Positions 1 to 18,892 of a DNA stretch of 60,000 nt are shown here, piece after piece. The notes beneath the pieces were generated by a model, which ran no database searches, was not told where the DNA came from, and worked only from the letters and a program-made list of their open reading frames with translations. Position 1 is the first letter of the stretch; every line of letters begins with the position of its first letter. The position numbers and the translations under genes are program-made. Source of the stretch: Botryllus schlosseri (Eukaryota); the NCBI GenBank assembly GCA_051294905.1, contig CM119372.1:2358001-2418000 (forward strand). The letters run 5' to 3'.

Positions 1-167
1 TAGTAGAATTAGACAAATAGAATTATCTACTACAACAAGAATTATCTAGTTATCCAAGTCTGCATCACAGAAACTGTAGCACCGTGGCGATAAAGAATAA
101 AGAATGTTTCTTACACTAACTCTCATGTTACAGGTTATTATCCATAAAAAAATGCAGTCATTCTCAC

Positions 168-7009
<6,842 letters not shown>

Positions 7010-7439
7010 CTGACAATGCAACAACAAATTCGTTCAGGATTATGTTTCTATCGTATTGAAGCCCCTGCAAGATCGCGGCATCATAAAGAGATGTGGACAG
7101 ATGTGTAGCATTATGAACTCGGGGAGGACATTTGTTGATGTTAACGATGACGTGAAGTTGCAGACCCATTGTGGCGCGATGTAACAGATAACGTCACAAT
7201 GAACTAGTCACCACAGCCAAGCCCAAGAATAAGGACTGTGCAAAATCGAGTACCTGAGTAACATAACGTAATATGTCAAAGTTCAAATATGTACCTTTTA
7301 TGCCACCACAAAGAATATGATGCCTGTTATTCATAACATTAAAGACAGAGATATCAGATTTATTTTCGCTTGCACCATCGAGATGCTTTGACGATGGAGA
7401 TGCGATGCGACCTTCAAGCAAGGTCATTTAGAGTCGACA

Positions 7440-7580
7440 CGTCCATGCTACCCGTGGATGCCTAACGCCTAGCGAGAGAGCGCCGCTGACACCAGTTTTC
7501 GAGTCATTGGTCTGACGCTGCGGCCGGGGATTGAACTCACGACCTTACGACCAAGAAGCCGGACGCATCATCTCGCTCGA
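7440..7580 (-). mobile_element. tRNA-derived SINE fragment
   Basis: Minus-strand B-box-like GAGTTCAATCC (7538-7528) followed by a non-tRNA body (gtcagaccaatgactcgaaaactgg); no complete cloverleaf. Confidence 0.55.
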
Positions 7581-7919
7581 ATACTTTGGTATTTTTTTCG
7601 TCCATATCGATTTCATTGCACTTTGTGACATTTTTGTGGGATGATCATGACTTCGGAAATGTGTTATTTCCAGTAGCCTAACGTTCGTAGCTTTGTACTA
7701 TATGTTTCGCATGCTGCGACACGGTCAATCTAGGTTTCAAGCCTTCCACCTAGAACGGGTATTGCGTAACAATGTTTTCTATACATATCGACAGTTTGCC
7801 AGCACAATGAAGCGCTGTAAATTGACGTGCAAAACTCATTTGACTTGGCGAGTAATTGCATCGCGCATATCAGGGTTGCGACTTGCGATGTCTGATGTTA
7901 CGCAATATTGCCTGCTTAA

Positions 7920-8251
7920 CAGAGATGAGCATGGATAAGGATTTGGAAAAACCGGATTTGGATTTCAGATTTTTTATTCAATGAATTAGGATTGGATTTA
8001 TCGATTTTCGGGAGATTGATCTCGTCCCACCAAAATACTTTGACGTACTTAGGCACTCATTAAGCGTTCTAGTACTTTTTACAGAATTATAGGCGTAAGA
8101 TGTGGGCTTTCTCAGATGAATTCCAAGTTTATATCGGATTATGATTATGATTGGAATTTACAAAATTTCGGGATTAGGTCCGCGGTTAGGATTTGAAGAT
8201 TCGGATTTGGATTGGATTAGGACATGAAAATTTCAAATCCGCTCATCTCTG
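7920..8251. mobile_element. Non-autonomous hAT-type MITE, GGATT-rich family
   Basis: TIR cagagatgagc/gctcatctctg, perfect 8-bp TSD ctgcttaa. Confidence 0.85.
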
Positions 8252-8388
8252 CTGCTTAATGACAAATGGCGCAACTGCATGCCTATTCAATCCAGTTAGA
8301 ATATCTATATTGGTTTCCCGACAGATTTTGTCGCTACAGCCCGATCGCATTTGCTGCAGTGTAACAAGTCCATTGTGTATGTATTGAG

Positions 8389-8983
8389 CAGGGTTGTAAC
8401 CAAGTCACAATGCTCCGAGTCACAAGTCAATCTCAATTTTATAGTTTTGACTCGAGTCAAGTCGAGTCGTTTTCAATTCATCACCCAGTCAAGTCTGACT
8501 CCAAGTCACCCAGCATAGGGTCGAGTCCGAGTCATGGTATTATGACTCGAGTCGAGTCAAAGTCATTGTGTTGACTGCCCAGTTTCCAGTTAACGGCTTG
8601 TTAAATCCACTTTTTGCAACCCTGTTTGGTGATTTCGAATGGTTCGCATTTATAATATACTAATTTTCGTCATTTTTAGCAGTTTCTGGGCGTATTTTCA
8701 AGTACCAGTACCAATAGACGAAATCCCAATAGTGTGATTACTTTACTATTCCTCGAATTACAATGAAACGTCGGTCTTGGTCGTCTGAGTCTCGAGTCAT
8801 ATGACTTGGTTCGAGTCATGGGCAATGACTCGAGTCCAAGTCGAGTCAATACACAAATTGACTCGAGTCAAGTCGAGTCATTTCCGTAATTTGAGAAAAT
8901 GACTCGAGTCAAGTCGAGTCATCTGAAAAACGTGACTCGAGTCGGACTCGAGTCGAGTCATGACTCGAGTCTTTACAACCCTG
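8389..8983. mobile_element. Non-autonomous hAT-type MITE, GACTC(G)-rich family
   Basis: TIR cagggttgtaa/ttacaaccctg, perfect 8-bp TSD gtattgag; inverted relative to the 569-1057 copy. Confidence 0.9.
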
Positions 8984-11401
8984 GTATTGAGTGATTAAAA
9001 CGAATGCATATTACATTGCATTCAAGGCGAACCTTTAGAATCGACCACCAATCGAAATGCTATTCCAAGACCACATGCATTCCATACCGACTAGCTTCCA
9101 CCTTTCCGAATGCTACTTTAAAGATGGCACTCTGAAATTAGGCTGAAGAACGGCCAATCTACCATTACAAACGGAGATGCATTGACGTAATGACGTACGT
9201 GACGCAGTATCGGCAAGACATGTGCGTGTTATTTTGCAGTGAGCGTGCGTGGGAATATCATTTGTTTACGTCCGGCTCTTTCCAATCGACGAATGACGTC
9301 AATGAGTTGCGTGACGCGTAGGTGATTTTCGTTTGCGACTTCCGCGCATTTGTTGCGTTCGTAAATCATAGAATTTTTCTCGCAGTTTCGAATGTTGCTG
9401 CGCATTTTGACATTCGCAGACAGGCTCGAAGAAAAATAGATCAACAATCAATTCGATAATAGAGTGTTGCCGCATATCCAGAGCTGGCTATATACAATAC
9501 ACTAAATATTGTTACATGTCATTTAAACGTTCTCATTTTGTATCAGTCAATAATTTTACGGTTCGAATGACGGTCATGTAACAAATTTCGTATTATTCTC
9601 TCTAATTTACACCAAGGGCACTAAATAACTCGCAGATTAGCGATGGCAAACACTGTCAAAAATAACAAGCCATCAAGTAGGCGTAATCAAAGTCGACTGG
9701 GATTCTGGTGATTACTTATTTGACTTTCTCATACAGAGCATGAAACCCAAAACTGATTTAGGATTATACTTAATATAATACTTGAAATGTTACAATGACT
9801 TGAGAACGGCAAATATAGCCTATATATACGCAGCTTCTCTAGAAATCATATGATCCGTCATTTGCGGTCGCTTTGCGCACAATAGTGGGAGAAATTCATC
9901 GCACTTACGGCAAATCCGCTTGAGTCATCGTCGACGCTATATTCTGGATTGCCCGCGGTTTGCACCAGTACTATATTGCTTGGATTATTTTTCAAGTAAT
10001 TAATTTGCGAATACGAAATGTATTCGCCATAAATGGAAGAACGTCCCTGTTTTATCGTATCCACATCCAGATTCTTTTCAGATTTTCTTGTCTGGACTAA
10101 TTTTAAGTATTATTCGGATTCAATCATTCGGCCGCTAAGAATTCAAATTAGTAGTTTAAAGCAGCGGTTCTCAACATTTTTGATCTGGCGGACCGGACAT
10201 TTAACAATCCGAACTACCCCAAATTTAAGTACCGGTACGACAAATATAGTATTGTAAACGTCATTTGATGCAGTATTTGTGTTATTGGATATTTATTGGT
10301 GACAAGGCGAAGTCCCGTTTAAGACCGTAAACTTGATTGTGATTGTATTCGTTTGTAAGAAATACGGCTTTGCTGATTGCTATAGCCTCTATTATACCGT
10401 CAAGTATCACTTATTGCACTGACAGAATTTAAGTCGCCAAATAGCTTTGACATATAAATTGTCCGGAACGAGTTGCAGGCTTCGTTTAAACATTTTCGTA
10501 CAACACTAGCACCCGCATTGTGACGTACGCCAAAACTAGACCATTAATTCTCTGTAACAACACCATGCACAAAAATACGTCCCAAACTTCAAAATAAATC
10601 GATAATCTGATGTTCTACGTCTGTAATTAATGGACAAGCGCCCAACGTCTTGCATTTTGGAATTGAGATATAAATTAATGACAAAGACGCTTCTGTCACA
10701 AATTCTAGAGTTTTAGAACGCGATTGGACGCGTAGTGATTATGGCATTCTAAATACCGCATTGTCATTGTTTTATTGCGTTAATTACTGTGTTATTACTA
10801 CAAGCTATTTCTGCTACTTTCCTACTAATGCGTCATCTTGTATTGTACATGTGTGCAATTGTGCACCTTGCGTGTACTGTACGCACAACTGTTGAGTAGC
10901 CTACATTCTACAAGAATAAAGAGCATAACACATCAGTCAGTCATTTTATTGAATCGTCAGATTATTACAAAAATCCATGGACAATGGACATGTTATTGTT
11001 GCTTACGATATTAACGGTGTTTCGACTACTGCAGTCATTTACAGCAGGCAGTTATTCCTTATTATGATTCCTGATCCGCTTGAACATGTAGTTTAAACCC
11101 TTTACTACCTATCGACTAGACTTGTCGAGTGACGTAGCCAATTATTGCCCAGTCCATTCAAGCACCTGCGAACTGCGATAGTCATCTTATCTCAATATCG
11201 AGGTACTTTTCATTACGTACCGTCTCGTAAAACCGAAACCGGATGCGTACCGTATTCTTGAAATTTATTAAACTTCGCAAAATAGAAAGTAGCACAGAAT
11301 ATAAAAGCGCGTTAAATACGAGTTGTGCGGAATAAATAATATCGTACGAGAGTACGTTTGGCATTTGGAAAAGAACAATCTCAATTGCACCATGTTGTGA
11401 A

Positions 11402-11817
11402 CAGAGGCGGTCAAAGCAGCAAGCGTTCTACTCAAACAGAAGTGACGGTCTCAAAGACATGTCAAAACTGCTTCAAGTAAAACAATCAAGACCTGAAAAA
11501 GTATATCAAACAAAATCTTGAGCGTGAAAAGTAAGTAATTCTGTGGAAGAAGTGTCAAAACGCAACCACGCGAGGAAGTAGTCAAATCTATACTTCAGTG
11601 CTTGGGTATAGGAGAAATACTTCATTACTGGCCAAATCCGGTAATATCTAGGGCTGGGGACAAATCGAGTACCCGAGCGAATCGATTTTGAATCGAGAGT
11701 TTGAAAAAGTAAGTAGCTTTGCCTAAGAACTGTTTAGAAGTAGAAGAAGTCAGAAAACCCAACCCCTCGAGGGAGCAGTGGATGTAAGATTCGGTAGAAG
11801 TGCTTCGACCACCTCTA
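11402..11817. mobile_element. Non-autonomous hAT-type element, AAGTA-rich family, just downstream of the hexokinase stop
   Basis: TIR cagaggcggtc/gaccacctcta, TSD gttgtgaa/gttgcgaa (7/8). Confidence 0.75.
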
Positions 11818-11867
11818 GTTGCGAATGAACCTAAAATGTCAATGTCAACAGGCCCATGATCAATCGA

Positions 11868-13298
11868 TCATGAATCATTTCGGGCCACGGCCGCGATCAA
11901 AGCCGCTCCTTTTCCGCTCCCGTCGTGAGACAGCGCGAATTTAACTCGCACGCCCATCCCCGCGTTAAGCTGCGCCACTTTTTCCGCGATGTTTTTCGAA
12001 AAGGTCGGATGCTTTTTGTATACGCTTCCGTCTACACCCACAGTGATCTCTAGGTTATCTTTATCCGGGTAGTTGTCTTTCGTTTTGCGGGCTATCGCTG
12101 CGATACCGGACGCGCACAAAAACGCAGCACGGGTTGATACCACGCGACATACTAACTGCACGATCTCGCAATCAGAGTGCATGGCTCCCACGTCTAGCCG
12201 GTGTAAAATACTCTGCAAATGATTGAGTCCGTTCGGCGCGTACGCTTCGATCTGTGACACGAAAGCCGTGTCGAAATTTCCAGGAGTGCGGAGCGCTTCT
12301 GATACTTGTCCGTTGAAAAGCACGCCTGCTTCCGCGAGCTGTACGATGATGCGTCGCACAATTTCTCCCATGTACATACCGCTGATTAACTTTTCGTACA
12401 ATTGTCGCCCGCTATTAGGAGAGTTACTGTCAACTTGTAAATCTACATCGGTGCGAATGTCATCTAATACACCGTCGTCTCCAAACGCACCCCATTCCAT
12501 ATTAACGCACATATCTCCGTCAGTGCCTGGTACGAGTTCGACGTTTTTAAGCTTTTCCATGTAGCAGCAATTGCACCCAGTGCCGACGATTAAACCGACT
12601 GCGCAATCGCTAACATCGTACGCGCAACTCATAAGCGTACCCACAGTATCATTGACTACAGCGACAATACTGACGTTCAAATCTCCGCGTCTGTGTACGG
12701 CATCCCGCAGCAAACCCACGATTTCTTCGCCTTCAACTCCAGGAGCGCTGAAACCTTTCGTCCAAGCCATAAGAGTGGCTTTGTCGAGGCCGTCTTGTCT
12801 ACACGGGAACGAAAATGTAAAGCCGACCGGCAAAACTTGATCTTTTAGCTCGAGTCTCTCCAGAAATTCGGCCATACAGGACGCGATGTGATCGAACAGT
12901 TCCTCTCCTGGACCGGTCATGATTTCATTTGACATTTTATAGATTTGACTCTCAATGACAGGCTTTTTGCCGGGTTGTAACTTCACTAGAAGTACCCGAA
13001 AATTAGTACCGCCAAGGTCTAACGCTAGGTACAGTCCATCTTCTTTACCGTCCGGTATCGATTTCACGAAAGACGGGAACATTTTGACCTTAGCGTCTGA
13101 GTGAGTGGATTTACTCAGTCCTTTCCTCATCTCTTTCAATAGTCTTTGCGTTACGCTCTGTAGTACTTCTTCAGACATCACGTAATTCTCAAGAGTGTCG
13201 CTTATAATCGACATATGATCTCGGCTTCGTTGGTATTTCGTTTTAAAAGTCATTTGCTTCATAGCTATAACAGCTTGGTCAACCTCGTATGCTTCCAT
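11868..13298 (-). CDS. HK: Hexokinase, single-domain (~476 aa from first ATG), intronless CDS
   Basis: Uninterrupted ORF with all hexokinase motifs: LALDLGGTNFRV, GFTFSFPC..WTKGF, VVNDTVGT (catalytic Asp), GLIVGTGCN, NMEWGAFGDDG, EKLISGMYMGEIVR, VGVDGSVYKKHP, DGSGKGAALIAAVA. The ORF-track start at 13319 is a TTG; the first ATG is at 13298. Confidence 0.97.
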   Translation of the reverse strand: MEAYEVDQAVIAMKQMTFKTKYQRSRDHMSIISDTLENYVMSEEVLQSVTQRLLKEMRKGLSKSTHSDAKVKMFPSFVKSIPDGKEDGLYLALDLGGTNFRVLLVKLQPGKKPVIESQIYKMSNEIMTGPGEELFDHIASCMAEFLERLELKDQVLPVGFTFSFPCRQDGLDKATLMAWTKGFSAPGVEGEEIVGLLRDAVHRRGDLNVSIVAVVNDTVGTLMSCAYDVSDCAVGLIVGTGCNCCYMEKLKNVELVPGTDGDMCVNMEWGAFGDDGVLDDIRTDVDLQVDSNSPNSGRQLYEKLISGMYMGEIVRRIIVQLAEAGVLFNGQVSEALRTPGNFDTAFVSQIEAYAPNGLNHLQSILHRLDVGAMHSDCEIVQLVCRVVSTRAAFLCASGIAAIARKTKDNYPDKDNLEITVGVDGSVYKKHPTFSKNIAEKVAQLNAGMGVRVKFALSHDGSGKGAALIAAVARNDS

Positions 13299-13349
13299 CG
13301 TTGTTGCTGATACTGACAAAACTTTGACACGATTATGCTATCGACTGTT

Positions 13350-13535
13350 GAATGACGAGTACAGCCTACGTGTTTTATATACGCAATCGTTCAAGCTACG
13401 CAGAGATATGACGCTTCTCCGAAAAATCTCTCGTACATTTAATTCAACGCGGATAAAATTTCAAGGCCTTGAAGAATGTAGGCCTACTCTCTTTTGTGTG
13501 ACTTTCCGCTCAGTGCAGTCGATTCTGATTGGAGA
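13350..13535 (-). promoter_or_regulatory. Candidate hexokinase core promoter (TATA + Inr + CCAAT)
   Basis: Minus-strand TATATAAAA at 13381-13373, TCATTC Inr-like motif at 13355-13350 (~28 nt downstream), CCAAT at 13532-13528. Confidence 0.5.
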
Positions 13536-16500
13536 AAAACAAGGCGTGCCGCGGGTCTGCGAGCATGACGTACAACGATCACAAGGGGTAATTTGCGAGT
13601 CAGTTAAACCAGTTTGAAAATAGGCGCGTGGAATGTTGAATTCTCGTCGGGTCGGTTACCTGTGATTTGCCACGCCTATGCCCTTTCATGCGAAGTATGC
13701 ATGTACAAAGTTAAATGTATTTATCAACACTACGATGTCACTTGTCACAGTGATCTGTATAAAACTACATTCTCCTATTAACCGCAAAATAAAGCTGTCA
13801 AAGTATGAAATCAATACATTTCGTCTGCATATATCGTGCCGGATGACAGTAATCATGCCGCGCCGTGCGTTACGATGTAAAACATGACCTACCGAGCGAA
13901 TGAACGACAATGCTTATTATACAACGGAATCTGTTATAATATATATGCTTACCAAATGTCCAATATATCCTATTTCAGGAGGATTTGTCCAATCTTCTCA
14001 AGAAATGTGAATGGTCGTCGGAGAACGCTCAAAACGGTCAAATTTCCCCTCTTTCGCATTTGATTTAAGTGCTTATACTTTCAATATGACTTGTAAGCGA
14101 GACACTCTATTTATTTCCGAAAACTATTGTAGCTAACCTGTTGGTTGGATCAGTTTGACTTTCGAGCATCTTGTCGGTTGCATATAATTTCAATGATACT
14201 CCGTGTGAACAATTTCACGATCTCGTGAAAATGATCATTCCACATTGGCAAAAGTTACGGGAATCGCAAAGTATTCATGGGCTGAATCTTAATAAATTTG
14301 ATTCGTTGTTTTTGTGTCTGGTTTGGTATCTTTTCCTTTGCTTTCTTAAAGAAATGTAAAACTTCATCAAAATTCAAACGTAACAATTCCACTACGTTTT
14401 CCTTGCCATCAAAAATGTATTTTTTGGGTGCTAAAAATATGGTAGGTAATATAGTAACATATGTATGTCATAATAAATGTACGATATTTCAACGGATTTT
14501 GTGATTGAAGCATTCTTCAAGTTCTGTGCCACGAACCATCTATTTAGGAATATGTTAGGTATACTTCCGTACATATAAATAATATAGAGGCATGACTGTG
14601 CGTTAGCAAAGTAAGCATGACTTCACGGAGTTCGGAATCGGTCATAAATATTACGATTGGCGGGCGGTTTCTGATACTCGATATAAACTTCCGCGATTCG
14701 TAGTACATGCGGCGTTTCCAATGCCGTCAAAACAAATAAAAACTTCAAATAAGTATCCACTGTGCGAACCCACTTTCATTATTGATCATACGTTGTTTTA
14801 TTCACAAGTGGCGCTGTATTTAGAATCAGTAGAACTGTGGGAAAGCGATGTGAACCCGTAGGGATTACTCCGTTCAAGTTCAAGCAGAACGCTTCGCTAC
14901 TGGTTCACAAAAAGGGCGTGACTGAGATGTCGTTTCCCAGCGTCGTTCGCGGGAAACATTTCTTGGGAAACCTGCTCTGCAACCTTGTAGACTTGTAGAG
15001 TAATCGATAAATAATTGATAAGATGCTATGTTTGTAGAGGCGGCTACAGCATGCCAACCCGGTCGAAACTACAGCGCACTTCCACGAAAGTTGAGTGTGT
15101 GTTCCGTTAAAACAGGCACGACTACTTTGCCTTTTATTCAACGAATCAAGGTTTAATAGCCTACATGATGGTAGTGTCACTTTATCCGGACATCGTGTAT
15201 TTCGCCGCGTTCTACCCTAGCTTTGGGTATAAATCAGGTAAATGGCACTTTAAGGTAAATCGCCCAGGCCAAGGTGGGTGTCATAGACTACTCCAAGTCG
15301 CTTCGACACCTTCCTATGTTTTCATTGTATCGCATTTTGTGGTGTATTGAACTGATAAAAATTGCTGTTGAACCAATGATGAGGTGGGTGTCTGATTTCA
15401 AAGACTACTCCTAGTCGGTTAGACTCCTTCCTATCTTTTCATTGTATCGCCATTTTTGTAGTTTATTAAACTGACAAAAATTGCTAATGAACCGAACCGA
15501 ATTTTGCCTGGGATGCTGTGGGTTCCGTTTTCGTATACAATACAATGAAATCCCAAAAAGGTTCTGTACGTAAACAGAACCCCACACTCCTGGCATATCA
15601 ATGAGGAATGACGTATGTGACTCTTTTTCACCTATTGGAATTATGGGAAAGCACAATTTGGTAACGGACAGTGATGTTTACCTGAGTTATATAAGGTTCT
15701 ATGGTGGGAGTCTGAAAAATAAAACTGTATTCCTCCCATGGATTTACAGTGCAGGCTATTGATTGAATCATCGAAAGTCACCCGAATCACATGATGCGCG
15801 ATCATTACCTTACGAAAGTGATTCGCGCGTCTGTTATGGTATTGGTTTCGCTTTCGCGAGGTTATGCGTATAGGAGGAAATCAAACAGACGCCATTGACA
15901 AATATAATTTGGACAGGCCTCTGTCGATTGTACTCCATGTGAAAGCTGCCATTCCTTAACTATAGATAATTTCGCAACACAGCTCTAGGTCTTCGCCGAC
16001 ATCATTAAAATTTTAAGCATTCGTGCAGCTATAACTATACGCAGGAAGTGAATATACATGATGGTATATGCCTCGATTGCAAGCGCTTTTTACGATATCA
16101 TGCGCGCAATGCTCTCAATGATGTTTGAATAAGATGTCGAAGTGAGAGTGACGATGTTACGTGCCTGCCCATGCCCATGGAAAATAACGCAAAATCTTCT
16201 CACTTGTTCTCGGAATGACTATGTAAAGTTATGCTTAACACGCTCCGGCGTAAACAGTAGACCTAGTTGGAAGTGAGGAAACGACTGATCGTACTGAGAA
16301 AACCATTCTACCACTGTCAAACCACCTTCATCTGGAAAAATTATACATACCTTATACAATTGTGGATAATTTACGCATGCACGTGAGATCCAAGCCATTA
16401 TATAACACTAACGAATTTTCAAAAGTGACAATGTAGCAACTAAGTCGTAACATGTTGAGCTTCAACACTGATCAGGACCTCAACGGGCTTGTACGACTAG

Positions 16501-18326
16501 AATTAATTCTAGTTGTCGGATTAGACCACATAGCGCGAAATGTCGGTTATCTCGTTATACCTTGAGAAATCTGTCAATGATCTAATATTAGTTCTAATCT
16601 AATTTTTGGTTTTACTGAAATGCTACAGGAGAACTGTATCGCACGAAACGAGTCATTCAGGGTGTATGTACAGACATTTGCTATTCTCGTGCTTATGACA
16701 ATAAACTTTGATTTGAGCTGAACTTGATTTTTGCTGTATTTCTCCTCAATTCGGAAATTCGGAAATTCGAAAATCTTTCTCCAGCTATCAAAATCTTCCA
16801 TTGTATAATGCGACACACGTACAATACACAAGAATACACTCCTTCAACGTTTCGGCAAATGTATTTGATAACGTATAGCAAGCATATCTGTTTATTTGCC
16901 AACGCAATAATCTCATTCGTTAACGAAACATATTAAACATTTGATCGGACATGGCCTCTTCTTTTCCAATGTGCAGTATTAAGGGTTTGGTCTGGAAATT
17001 GTAACTGTTCGTACCGATATCGTGCGCCACTTCCACCGAATCATGTGGGTCGCAAGTAGTAAAACCGGGGGTCTGAAATACACACGATTTCGTTTAAGAC
17101 TGACATCTCTGCACGACTGCCATCCGTTAGACCTTAGACTTGTTCATGGGTCTTTTCCAGATATTATTTAGCTATAGCCTGGCTATGATTGTTGTGCACG
17201 ACTTTTGCTGACCATTGCGACAAATATTCGTTCACGAAGTTGGGTAGTACCGAAAGTGTGGTCTACAGTTCCACGACCAATCTTGGGTAAAGTGAATTTC
17301 GCACATTACTGTTGAGAAGACTTCTTTAACCATTGGATGGATCTTCCACCGCAGGTACATCGTAGTTCTTTCTCACGGGGAACAAGAAGTTTCTTATCCG
17401 ATCCAAGATCCGTTCCGTCACAGCATGCATTTGATGACGCACTATCTGTATGCTAAAACTGACAAACTCGACTATACTTTTCAGCTGTTGCTTCGCGATA
17501 CGACAGCTACCAGTTGCTGATATTTCTTCTAAAATCTCATAAATCAAGGTTTGTAAAAGCCAGTCTTGCAATGTGCCAAGATACGCGGAATTCTAACATG
17601 TTTCCGGTAGTTACGTTTCACATGTCGCAACTCAAAATACTATTTTGCTTTTGAAGAGACTTCAATATAGAATTGAATAATATGCTCTATTGTTCATATT
17701 GAAATAAACCCGGACATTTTCGGCTGACACTCCTCAAGTGTAATCATCAGCTACTGGTAGAGAATTGGACAGAACACTGTACATCATCAACTGTATTACA
17801 ATATTATTTTATTAATTTTCAACAAGTTACTGACGATTAATCCTGACGCAAATATTCGGCTATATATTAATATGGATATAGTATTCAATTGTACATTTTG
17901 CTTTTACTTGTCACTTTCAAAGAAGGCTGTCTCATCTCGCGTAGCATCTTAACAAGTTATCGGACAGTGATAGTGAAAATGAAATGGTGAACAAATGATT
18001 TAATGCAACAGTGATCAGGCAAAATCAGAGTGTTGAGATGGAAAAATCAAATCATGGAAATGTGATACATAGTGTTATAGAAGTCGCGGCATTCGACGAG
18101 AGTACCTCAGCAGCAAAACACATTTTTAGACTGACCCATCATTGCATAAGGCGTTCAGTAGGCATCGCTATAGCATGGAATGTCCATGGAATGTGCAATC
18201 TTCGAAAATATATTCAGTTAACCTGACAGAGAAGTTATATTACGCGGTTCCTTATAAGTTCACCTGGTAATGATAACTTTGTGCTTTTCAAAATCCAAAT
18301 CGTAAAAGGTAATAAGTCGTTTTGTC

Positions 18327-18733
18327 CAGGGTTATAATGACTTGAGTCGCAATGTTTCGTTGACTCGACTTTACTCGATTCATTTTCTTAAAATTGAAAA
18401 ATGACTCGACTCGAGTCAATGCGCATGACTCGACACATTCTATGTGACTTAGTCAAGACTCTTTTATGAGGACAGATAATTAAAAAAATATGCCGAGGAC
18501 TGTCTTTTATATGTTTGAATAAATATGTTTAGAGAAATGTGTATATTATGAATCCGGGGACTTCGATATTACCCAAAAGTTTCACAGAAATGAGTTGAAC
18601 TCAACTTGAACACGACACTTAACAGTTAACACTATGACTCGGATTCGACTCGATGGTGAATTGAAAATGACTCATCTTGACTCGGGTTAGGACTAGATAA
18701 GTTGAACTGACTTGTGACTTAATTAATACTCTG
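18327..18733. mobile_element. Degenerate GACTC-rich hAT-type MITE
   Basis: cagggttataa...tactctg ends, 8-bp TSD gttttgtc. Confidence 0.8.
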
Positions 18734-18892
18734 GTTTTGTCTAAAAAGCGGTACACGTAGAAGTGGAAGAAACCTAATGACAAGTGACCACACCTAATTG
18801 TGTAGACCTCTTGTAATGTCCTAACTGGGTTTAATGCAGCCCAAGTTCAAATATTAAAATCTCAGCAGACCCTTAAGCTTCGCGAAAATCAC

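Noticed and set aside
7440..7580. tRNA gene
   Set aside because: Only a B-box-like arm; no full cloverleaf or terminator. Treated as a SINE head.
10622..10970. Solo LTR (TGTAAT...ATTACA with internal AATAAA)
   Set aside because: No target-site duplication or second copy; the AATAAA/TTTATT motifs could simply be poly(A) signals.
12223..12840. Plus-strand ORFs of 113 and 89 aa
   Set aside because: Antisense shadows of the hexokinase CDS with no independent features.
13299..13319. N-terminal extension MSVSATT of hexokinase in the ORF track
   Set aside because: Starts at TTG; in a eukaryotic nuclear gene the first ATG (13298) is the likely start.
18000..18290. GPI-signal or terminal exon for the LU gene
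   Set aside because: The phase-1 frames I tried stop quickly without a convincing omega site plus hydrophobic tail.
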